DNA from: Octopus sinensis
Taxonomy: Eukaryota
DNA: 64,000 nucleotides
NCBI RefSeq assembly: GCF_006345805.1
Contig: NC_043011.1
Coordinates: 26,052,464-26,116,463 of the forward strand
Direction: 5' to 3'
Shown here: one piece after another, positions 53,384 to 64,000 of the stretch
How positions within the stretch are numbered: the first letter of the stretch is position 1
Layout: each line of letters opens with the position of its first letter
Notes under the pieces: model-generated
Told to the model about the DNA's origin: nothing
What the model saw: only the letters and a program-made list of their open reading frames with translations
Databases searched by the model: none
Translations under genes and position numbers: made by a program

Positions 53384-54467
53384 GCTGTGTGTGTGTATGT
53401 GTATGTATATATATATATATATACAGTAGGGTATATAATACCACTTGCTAAAATCAAAGCCAAAGTTCGAAAACCATCAGAAACTCACAATAAAGATACA
53501 CATGAACAATGCAATGAACATATGAGAAATAGGCTTACCTTTGCATTGAATACATCAGTAAGTAATGTATATTTCAATGCCAATTGATTTCACCCTCTGT
53601 ACAACCAACATATTCATGTGTATCTTTATTGTGAGGCTTTGGTGGTTTTGGAGCCTTGGCTCTGATTTTAGCAAGTGGTGTTATATACCAGAACTTGCTG
53701 GCCACCTTATTATTACCTTATTAATATATATCATTAATAACGGTAATAATACATCTGTATTGAAAATTTATTCTTCCTCACAATAGTTTTCTTTTAAACG
53801 GAGGAGGATGTTTAAAGTAAGGAACACACACAAGCTAATGTAGTGCATATTTTAGAAATAGAATGTTAAAAAGTTATTTTCAACTGAAGATCTCAAAGTA
53901 TGCTGGTCATACAGAGGGTGAAATCAATTGGCATTGAAATACACATTACTTACCGATGTATTCAATGCAAAGGTAAGCCTTTTTCCCATATATTTATTGC
54001 ATCGCTTGTATACATCTTTATTGTGAGTTTCTGGTGATTTTTGAGCCTTGGCTCTGATTTTAGCAAGTGGTATTATATAACCTACTGTATCTAAGTTTGC
54101 CTTATATTGTGCTTGTAATGGTGTGAACTTGATGGCCACCTTATTATTACCTTATTAATATCATTAATAATGGTAATAATACATCTTTATTTTATATATA
54201 TATCTTTTATCTCTTTTACTTGTTTCAGTCATTTGACTGCGGTCATGCTGGAGCACCACCTTTAGCCGAGCAAATCAACCTCAGGACTTATTCTTTGGAA
54301 GCCTAGTACTTATTCTATCGGTATCTATTTACATTTGACGGATATTTGTCCTCATCGTGTTTGTTGTTAACGCAACATTTCAGCTGATATACTCTCCTGC
54401 CTTCATCAGGTGTCTTGGGGAAATTTCGAACCTGGGTTCGCATTCCTAAGGTATTTTTCGATGTTAC

Positions 54468-54523
<56 letters not shown>

Positions 54524-54779
54524 TCACTGCCTGGAATCAAACTTGGAATCTTGGGGTTAGTAGCCCACGCTTTTAATCACTACGCCATATGCCCGTGGGC
54601 AATTATGGAGTGAATTTTAGGGCTTATAAATCTATTTTCCTATCCTTCCTTAATACTGGTTCCCATATGCTACTCATATCTGCACTTGGTCTGCTTAGGA
54701 GGTTATTATGTCCTAGCTGCTTCTTTTAGTTTTCGTATTCTCAGTAGTGCTTTTCCATACATGATCAGCTATATCTGAT

Positions 54780-55075
54780 TTATCAATATCTCCTTGTGTC
54801 ACAGCTTTTATACCAGAGACTACCAAAAGTAACATTGAAGATACAGCACAGAAGGATGAGGCCAGCTGGACACTGCATCAGATGTACCAAGAAATTGCTA
54901 ACAAGTTAGTGCTCTGGCAACTAATGGAAGGAAGAACCAGGAGAGGAAGGAGAAAGATGACCTATATCGACTTGTTGGAGGATACTGGAGTGGGAGGGGT
55001 ACAGGAGCTGAGGACCATTATGGAAGATCGAAATGAATGGGGGAAAACATGTGGAAACAGTCATGGGGCATCCTG
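54780..55075 (+). mobile_element. RTE-like LINE 3' tail remnant
   Basis: LW...GRTRRGRRKMTYIDLLEDTG...MEDRNEW. Confidence 0.7.
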
Positions 55076-55150
55076 AGGGACAGCCTAGATAGGTAGATAT
55101 ATTTATATATATGTATGTGTATATATGTGTGTGTGTGTGTATGTGTGCGC

Positions 55151-55256
<106 letters not shown>

Positions 55257-55354
55257 GTATGCATATGCATGTATATATATATAATGTATATATATACCAA
55301 TATATATGTATAGCAAGTACATGTATATAAACATGTGCTTACTCATGTGTGTGT

Positions 55355-55447
<93 letters not shown>

Positions 55448-55671
55448 TGTGTGTAATAGATATAATGGACTTACATACAGTTTCTGTCTGCCTAATTCAC
55501 TCATAAGGCATTGGTCAACCCAGAGTTATAGCAGAAAACATGCAGTAGGACTGAACCCAAAACCATGTGGTTGCAAAGCAAGCTTCTTAACCACACAACC
55601 AGAACATAATTAATTAACAACTAAAAGTGAGCTAATTGATAAAGAATAAATTAAGGAAAAGGGACACTCAC

Positions 55672-55797
55672 ATTCTTTTTGGGTTTAACACCATACTGCA
55701 GGAATTTCCTCTTCTCTATTGCAATCTCTGGTAAATATTCAGACTTTAGTCGTGCCACTTCCCCTGTTTCGTAGTTAAGGCTCATCAGTGCATTTGT
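55672..55797 (-). CDS. VWA8: VWA8 exon 4 (TNALMSLNYETG...VKPKKN)
   Basis: ctgcag acceptor and GTGAGT donor; phase 0/0, 42 codons. Confidence 0.88.
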
Positions 55798-57084
55798 CTG
55801 CAGAAATGGTAAATTTATATAAGTTACATGGCTTACACATTTTAACAAGCAACACAGCTGAAACATGAACAGAAACAGACCTCTTATCCAGTTTCTAGAA
55901 ATTCAGAATTTTGAGAAATCCAGGAATACTGGATTGAAGTTGGTTAATTTGCACATGGTGTGTTAAAAATAGTTTTGCTACTCTTTACTTATTTCAGTCA
56001 TTTGACTGTGGTCATGCAGGAGCACCACCTTTAGTCGAGCAAATCGACCCCAGGACTTATTCTTTGGAAGCCTAGTACTTATTCTATCAGTCTCTTTTGC
56101 CAAACCGCTAAGTTACAGAGACGTAAACACACCAGCATCGGTTGTCAAGCGATGGTGGGGGGCACAAGCACACACACACACACACACATATACATATATA
56201 TGACGGGCTTCTTTCAGTTTCTGTTTACCAAATCCACTCACAAGGCTTTGGTCGGCCTGAGGCTATAGTAGAGGACACACGCCCAAGGTGCCATGCAGTG
56301 GGACTGAACCCGGAGCCATGTGGTTGGTAAGCAAGCTACTTACCACACAGCCACTCCTACGCCTATTTACTTTTTATGTAGATTAATAAAGATTAAACAT
56401 ACTCTGCTTCAGAAATGTATTAATTTGTACAGTTTTAATGTGTACCTGTATCTGTTACATAAGATCATGTACTTTACTTCCCTTCATTTAATTTTCAGAT
56501 TATAAACATTATACTGGATACATGGTACAGTGTGATATATTTTAAGAATAAATTTTAAGTGGATTAATAGATATCAAATGGACCCTGTTTTAGAAATGTA
56601 TTAATTTGAATATGTTAGATACAATTTAGTTCTTTACTTTCCATAGTTCATTTTATATTTCAAGTATATATTGAGGCTGTCTCCAGAAAATCCAGAAATC
56701 TAGGCAACTTCCGATCCCAAGTCTCTTGGATATGTGATCTGGTACTGTATTAGATGACACAGCTGTCAATATATCTAGATATGTACAACATGATGTAATT
56801 GTCAGCATAGACATTTATTACAATGAACAAACTGCGAACATGCCCAGCTATGAACATTACGTAGGAATTGTTAACATATACAGACATATGCCTTATAAAA
56901 AGCATTGGAAACAAACATAACAACATACAATATATACATATACTCTCATATATAAAACATTAGCATACACAGACATCCACTTGTGTGAAAGTAGAATGGA
57001 GAAGCTCACTTAACAATATATCAGGTAGAATTGAAAATGAGAGAATATAAATATAATAACCCACAGAACTGGCACCATGTTGTC

Positions 57085-57895
57085 AGGTACCAATATTCGA
57101 ATCAATTACATGATCATTACAAACAGCTGACCAACATCTATACCAATCATGTGGTCACTACAATCAGCTGAGCAATATCTATGTTAATCATGTGGTCAGT
57201 AAAATCAGCTGACCAACAACTACGTCAATCATGTGATTACAAAATTCAGCTGACCAACATCTATGCCAATCATGTGGTCACTATTATCAGGTGACTAACA
57301 TTGACACCAATGACATGATCATTACAAACAGTGCTCAATATCTACATGACATGGTCACTATAAACAATGATTAATATCTACATGATGTGATCGCTACAAT
57401 CACCTTGTCTTCACAAACAAGTATATATATATAAGTAGAGTTACAATAATCAGTATGCTGTTATAATAGTACTCAGAGTTTCAAATGCCAGAGCTAAGGG
57501 CTACAATGCATTCTCATCGGCTATTAATGGCAACAGACACTATGAAAAGCCATCGAATAAAACATCCACACCAAAGAGATCACGAAAATTACATGACAAT
57601 CATTCATGCCAAACCTCTCATGATAATCAACTGACCAACATCTACACCATCAAAGTGGCTACTGCAGTTAATCAGTTGACCAACATCACACTTTCCATGT
57701 GGTCACTACAACCAATCAGTTGATCAAAATTCACACCATCCATGTAGTCACTACAATAATTCAGTTGGCCAACATCTACAACAACCAAGTGGTTGTTAGA
57801 ATAAATCAACTGACCAGCATCAACATCATCCATGTAGTCACAACAGTAAATCAACTGGCCAACATCCACACCACTGATACTGCGGTCATCAATAT
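57085..57895. repeat. Minisatellite (41-bp block and 45-bp block) interrupted by an HHR-bearing fragment
   Basis: Cores at 57124, 57165, 57206, 57247, 57288 and at 57628, 57673, 57717, 57762, 57807, 57852. Confidence 0.85.
57464..57526 (-). ncRNA. Diverged family-2 hammerhead (core CCGAUGA, GUA triplet)
   Basis: Clear homology to 13409-13477 with a U4C core change. Confidence 0.6.
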
Positions 57896-58211
57896 CAATA
57901 ATAGTCGCTTGTATCATACTTACTTAACCCTCTAGCACTCACATTACTCTGTCAACGGAATGGTTATTTATTGATGTTGCTTTGAATTTATCATGCATTA
58001 TCTCGTAGCTTCAAGATTTTGATGATGTGATTGTTTATTTTTAGAATGATATGGTAGGGTATGTGTGAGAAGCCAGATCTGGCCAGTTTGAGCATAAAAT
58101 AGGTAGAAAATTTAGATCAGATATGGCCAGTTTAAATGCTAATGGATTAGCAGCTGGTTTAACTGCTGCTATCTTCTCCCTTTTCCTATAGTTACAGGTT
58201 CAAAAACTTAC

Positions 58212-58429
58212 GCATTCCTCATGTAGTATTAGTGTATCATCAAGTGGTGCAGAGAGGGCTGTCAGTTTCACTTTTGGCCGATATGCCATGCTGACTGGTG
58301 GGAACAGTTCATACAGTTCAGTGAGTTTCCCGTGAACAGACTTGGCATCAATGCTAATCACTGAAATTGGGTTACATGTGGCCACATGGATCATATCTTT
58401 GATAGATTGGCCAGCACTACGATGCTCAG
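58212..58429 (-). CDS. VWA8: VWA8 exon 3 (EHRSAGQ...VATCNPIS...LILHEEC)
   Basis: tttcag acceptor and GTAAGT donor; VATCNP and LHE motifs. Confidence 0.93.
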
Positions 58430-58989
58430 CTGAAACAAACAAACAATGGTACCATTATCATCATCATCATTATTATCATTAAAATGTTTATTGTTTCATA
58501 CAAAGTCTACTTTTCTGTAACTTGTCTGTAATTCAATTGTTGCACCTCCAGTATATCCATAGTTTGCACTGGGAACATTGCATGAAATTTCTATCTGTTT
58601 TTTTTTTTTTGTTCAACAAACTGTGCAAGGCCCTTTACCTGATGAGAATAGGACTCCACCTGTTTTCATGCTTTCACCTCTTCAGCAAGGCATTTGTTTC
58701 TGACCCTCTATCATACTTTCATATCCTTCAGTGCAATACCACACTCAGTTGAGGGGGTCTTGTCTTGCAAGTACATGATGATCTCACTATTGCCATGGAA
58801 AAAGCACCCAATACACTCTGTAAAGTGACTGACATTCAGAAGGGCATTGAGCTGTAGAAACCATGCCAAAGTACACATTGTATGTATGTATGCATGTATG
58901 TATGTATGTCTCTTCTATTTTTTAATTATATACATTTTTCACTGAGGAGGGAACCAGTTTCCAACAAACATACAAGGCTCTGTCTTTGG

Positions 58990-59700
58990 GATGTAGTTAA
59001 TACAGACAAATTTACATTTGGAACTTGAGAAAAGTCTTGCATATTTTTACTGTTCCACTTGCAGATTGCACTTGTAATGTACGAATTAGCCAGTCGATTT
59101 CTCTTTCAGAAAATCCCAGTTTATCCAGATTCTCCTTTAAACATTTACTAGCAAAACTTAGTGCTCCAATTATTAATGGTATGAAAATAAATTCATAGTC
59201 TGGATATAGAAGCTGACAGTTTCGAAGCTGTTGTCCATAGATATCCTCTTGTTCTTGGATTTTCAAAGAGATATTTATATCTGTCGGGCAGCTGACCTCT
59301 ATGATGGTACTTACCTTTGCCCCTCTGTCCCAAACAACAATATCCGGTCTGTTATGCTTACATTTTTTCAGAAGTTTTGATGAGAATATTCCACCAGTAT
59401 TCCTTGAGTTGGTGTTTATGAATGTATTCCATAACAGAGGGGTTTTCTAAGTTTATTTCAGGACAGTCTTTTTGCGGATAGCATTTTAAATTGTTTTAGC
59501 AACAACATCATGCCACATAGAGAAGTAGTACCATGACAACATTTTGTCATGATGCCTTCTACAGAAACTTGACATAGCCTACACATGTGGTTGCACCTTG
59601 GGATTACAAGAGCATCACTGTCCCTCTTGTTCACTAGGTACTTTGCGACAATCTCCTGTATGTATGAGTGTATGTATGTATTTTGTAAAGGGAAATATGA
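58990..59700 (-). mobile_element. RLE-type (R4/Dong-like) LINE 3' end: zinc knuckle plus restriction-like endonuclease
   Basis: CRLC knuckle, HNRPDIVVWD..IIEVSCP (PD-D/ExK type) and IPLIIGAL. Confidence 0.82.
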
Positions 59701-59711
59701 GAATGACCAAC

Positions 59712-59850
59712 CTTTGGTAACAGCCAAATCAGCGACAATGTTACCTTCATCAAGGGGAAGCAAACATTGGGCTTCTCTCTCAGTAAATGTATTGGAACGA
59801 CTTTCAGTCCGGTCAATAGTTATAACTTCTTGTGGCAGTGGCAGCGGTCC
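59712..59850 (-). CDS. VWA8: VWA8 exon 2 (GPLPLPQEVITIDRTESRSNTFTE...LPLDEGNIVADLAVTK)
   Basis: ttctcag acceptor and GTTGGT donor; resembles human GPALINIQEYPIERHEERSLNFTEE...IPLDEINIICDIA. Confidence 0.9.
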
Positions 59851-60289
59851 CTGAGAATACAGAAAAAATTATAAATAAAAACATTAATTCTTTTTTACTC
59901 CAAAAAAAAAGAGAAACAATCACCATGAGGATTGATGATGATAACAATGATGTTGATGATTATAGTGACAATGACAAAAACGATGATGATGATGATAATG
60001 ATGATTATGACAATGATGATGATGATCTTGACACACTTGATCCTAACACCAATACATCACTGCATTCAGATCATATAGACACAGGCACAGTTGTGTGGTT
60101 ATGAAACTTGGTTTCAGGCTCAGTCCCACTTTGTGACACACTGGGAAAGTGTCTTCTGCTATAATCCGTGGGTTGACCGATGCCTTGTGAATGAATTTGG
60201 TAGATGGAAACTGTGAAGAAACCTGTTGACAGCATATGAAACTATTAATCTAGACAATTTTTTTCCCTCCCTCTGTTTTTTCTCCTCTC

Positions 60290-60930
60290 TTGCAGTCCAC
60301 ACACTTTTTCCATCAGTGTTGCAGTGCTTGGATCCCTTCATGAAGAAACTTTCGCCCTGTTGGTCAAAAAAGTTATCAACAGCAGATATGACATCATCAT
60401 CACTGCAATACTGCTTCCCAGACAAGTGTTTTTCATGTTGGGGAACAGATGAGAATCAAATGGAGCCAAATCAAAAGAACAGGGAGACTGATCAACCAGT
60501 TCAAAGCTACAATTCCACACAGCAGCCATTGAAAGCAAAAACTTGTGTGCTGGAGCATTGTCCTGATCAAACAAAACCCCTTTCGTCAGTTTCTCAGAGC
60601 ATTTGGTAAGATAGCTTTTTATAACTGTCTCAGCATAGGACTTTTCATTGATGGTGTAGTCTTTTTGAAAATAGTCAATAAACACAATGCCTTTTGCATC
60701 TCAAAAAGCTGAGCCCATCATCTTCCCTGCTGATGAAACGACCTTGGTTTTCTTTGGAGTAGGTGAAGAAGAGTGTTTCCACTCCAGCTCAAAGTGATGA
60801 ACCCAATACTCATCCTTGGTTAGGAAACATTCAAGGAAACCAGCAGGATCTGCCTGAAGCAGTGTCAAATTTTCCCATGATGTAATTAGCCTGGTGTGCT
60901 TTTGATCAGATGCTAGAAGACATCCTTCAC
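60290..60930 (-). mobile_element. Mariner transposase pseudogene
   Basis: TKDEYWVHH, AGKMM, DQDNAPAH, SFDLAPFDSHLFPNMK. Confidence 0.88.
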
Positions 60931-60934
60931 CTTT

Positions 60935-62545
60935 CATGATTTGCTAAAAAAGAAAGGTGAAACTTCTAATGAAAAACCCTTTTTGGTAGGTAATGGCTGA
61001 ATTTGCACAACATAAAAATGACTGGTGAAATTGCAAGCACTGATACAGAGGCTGCAACTAATTATCCTGAGCAGCTGAAGAAAAGTATGTAATGTCGATG
61101 AAACTTCACTTTTCCAGAAGTGCATGCCCGCTAAAACTTCTGTTTTCTAAGAAAAATCAGCTTCCAAAAATTGTCTGACACTGCTTTTATGAGGAAATGC
61201 TGCTGGTGATATGAAATTAAAACCCCCTACATGTGTATCACCCAGAAAATTTAAGGACTTTCAAGAGTTACACCAAGTTTAATCTACCTCTGATTTTATA
61301 TTCAAATAAGAAAGCAGGGATGACTAAGAGCCTTTTCAAAGAGAGCTTTACAAACATTTCTCATTCTGTTATAGAAAGGAACAGTTCCAGATATAATATT
61401 TCCAACAAAGCATTGCTTTTTTTGGACAATGCACCAAGCCATCTAGCAAACTTATATGATCTTTCTGATAATGTGAGAGTAGACTATATCCCCAATACAA
61501 CTTTCTTTGCTCCAGCCAATGGATCAAGATAAAATAGCAAATGCCAAGGTATATTATATGAGAAGATTATGAAAACTTTCAAACAACTCGTGAAAGCAAT
61601 TGACAAGGAGAATAAACCTACTGTCAGAGATTTCTGGAAGAAATTCAACATAACGGATGCTGTAGATAATAAAGCAGAGACGTGGGATGAAGTGAAACCT
61701 TCAACTTTGAATAGTGCTTGGAAAAGTATATGGCCAGACTGTATCCATGACATTACAAGCCTTCCTCAAGCAGAAAATCTACATCAAATTCGGAAAGATA
61801 TTGTGACAATTACAAGTTATAATACTGAAGAAGTCATAGAGGATGATGTGACTGAGTTGCTAGTGTCCCAGAGAAAAAGTTCATTTAACAAAGAGTTGAT
61901 ATTGTTAGAAAAAGAAAAGATGAGACAACAGAAGTACTGCCTAGACCACTTAAATTGCCTATAAAAATTATTGCTAAAGAGTTGGCACATATAGAGAAAA
62001 GTCTGTTGGATCTTGAAGATAATGATCCCAATCATGAACATGACGTAAAAATTAATAGAGGAGTTTACAATGAGCTCAGTTTTTTATATTGAGCTGTACA
62101 AAGAGACAATGTGTCATAAACAAGAAATATTTTTGGATAAGTTCTTCACCCCTCAAGCTGATGTTCATGATAATGAACAATAAAAAAAATATTGTCCCTC
62201 GTGCTTCTAGTAATGCCCATTCCACCACCACCTCTCACACAGCAGCCAACATCTTTTGTGATAAGAACGTACTCTAATGATATTACAATACTTATTAATT
62301 CCCTAACTTATCCCTCTTGAAATGATTTTTATGTTTTTACATATCTATATTGTGCCATGTCTGTTTAAAAATAGTCATTTTCATATATAAAGCTGATCAT
62401 GTTACTTGTTCTCTATTGTTTTCTAATACTTTTTTTTCCTCAAAAAAGTTTGTAGAAATGCAATCTCAATAATATGAAAATCAATTGGAAAATTAATTTC
62501 GCATTATGAAATTTCGTGTTACAGCCAGATTTTCAGGAAGCGAAG
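60935..62545 (+). mobile_element. Tigger/pogo transposon remnant (DDE_1 transposase, frameshifted)
   Basis: NVDETSLF, NAAGDMKLKP, ALLFLDNAPSH, QPMDQ and WDEVKPSTLNSAWKSIWP; outer boundaries approximate. Confidence 0.85.
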
Positions 62546-62819
62546 GATTCCCATAAAAGATAGAGATATAACTAGACTGAAGAGGCAGGTTAGACTCTTT
62601 TCAGGGCCTCAAAGGTTGTTTGAAAGAAGTTAGGAAAGAAGTGAGGAACCAGAGCCAGAAAACCTGGCCTGAATGCTTGCAAAAGGAGGCAAGGACTCTG
62701 GTAAAAATACCAAAAAAGCCAGATGATGATGATGTTAAACCAGATAAACATATCATGCCTACCACTCTTGGCTAACATCTAATAAAATTTGAAGGCTTAC
62801 CACAATAAATTTCACTAAC

Positions 62820-62931
62820 CTTTATATCAAGAGGCTTGGTGGTTACAGGGCAGCTGAAGATGTTTTGCTGCCGAATGCCTGAAGAAGCAACTCTCCATTG
62901 TCCAAGACGTTCAAATTTTGGTAAAGGAAGC
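62820..62931 (-). CDS. VWA8: VWA8 in-window exon 1 (LPLPKFERLGQWRV...CPVTTKPLDIK)
   Basis: ttttgcag acceptor and GTTAGT donor; resembles human LTLPEQTFMGYWTI...CPVETHHIDIK. Confidence 0.85.
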
Positions 62932-63749
62932 CTGCAAAATAAGGAGAGCAGAAGAATTTTCCAAAACAGCCACAGAAATCATATGAAGGCAGACACTGAC
63001 ACCAAAGCATGATACAATCCATGACACCACTTGATCCTGTCAAACTATTCAACCCATGCCAGCATGGAACATAAACTTTCAATGATTATGACGATGATGA
63101 TAATGTAAAGTGGTTGGCATTTAGAAGGGCATCTAGCTGTAAAAATTATGCCAAAACTAACCTCGTATGTACTAGTGTCACGTAAAAGGCACTGAATTCA
63201 GTCTGTAGAGTGGCTGGTGTTAGAAAGGGTATCCAGCTGTAAAAACCCTGCCAAAATAGATACAGTAGCCTAGAGTCATTTTTCTACAAGTCCAGCTCCT
63301 GTCAACTGTCCTATGCATCTATGCATGGAAGATGGACATTAAATGATGATGATGATGATATAGTTTGATAAGAGCCAACACACAAAGCTCTTAGCGCTTG
63401 AGTCACTCTGCCGCTTCTGCTAAATATTAATAAAAATATACAAATACTCATATTTTGAGTTCTGTTTTTCCTGTTTGCATCACCATACCTATATATATGT
63501 ATGTGTTTGTGTGTATGTACCCAAGTACATACGTGTATGTATACCCTTTTCTTGATCTCATGTAATGGTTGTAAATGAGCATCACTTTTTTAAATATGTA
63601 TTTTTGTTTGTTGTAATACTTAAGTTAAATAAATTATAGTACATATCATTTTAGTTTTCCCAGAACTTATACTCAGTAAGCCGAAGTCTGAGCAATGTTT
63701 GCTTCACTTATAGACTGAAATACTAGAGATCATACATCAGAAGTTTATA

Positions 63750-64000
63750 TGCACAAACCTGTACAATTCTTTACTGCTCCAGAAGCTGAACAGGAGGCAG
63801 TAAGAATTGATTACATCAACATCGAAGAAAAGGATGTAATGCTAGCAATAGATGATATCGATGCAAACTCAGCTGCTGGCCCTGATGGATTCCCAGCAAT
63901 CCTCCTCAAGTCATGCAAATACGTCCTTGCAAAACCATTGCAGCTACTTTTTCAGGGCTTCCTCACAAATGGTAGGCTCCCGGATAAACTAAAGGAGGGA
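63750..64000 (+). mobile_element. CR1/L2-like LINE RT N-terminal fragment, running off the window
   Basis: NSAAGPDGFPAILLKSCKYVLAKPLQLLF. Confidence 0.8.

Overview
Eukaryotic, very AT-rich genomic DNA, most likely from an octopus (inferred from the SINE families and the (TA)n/(CA)n/(GAT)n load). It holds the 3' part of one protein-coding gene on the minus strand, VWA8 (KIAA0564-like AAA+/VWA protein). I reconstructed 20 coding exons (62931 down to the stop at 5659; 2602 nt, about 866 aa). Splice phases agree at every junction, and one intron has a GC donor. The introns are filled with tRNA-derived SINEs, RTE, R4/Dong-like and CR1-like LINE remnants, a Penelope-like RT/GIY-YIG remnant, mariner and Tigger remnants, MITEs and microsatellites. 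The notable signal is a set of type I hammerhead-ribozyme (HHR) motifs. They are concentrated in the 5.9-kb intron 10771-16634: a near-identical 482-bp HHR tandem array that folds back on itself, a second HHR family in a 723-bp tandem with paired intact/dead inverted copies, and a 183-bp HHR mini-element with a 6-bp TSD. Four intact-core HHRs there lie on the VWA8 pre-mRNA strand. This resembles retrozyme or Penelope pLTR biology inside a host intron. Ribozyme activity is inferred from motif and pairing only, and repeat boundaries are approximate. Most ORFs in the supplied track are microsatellite artefacts.
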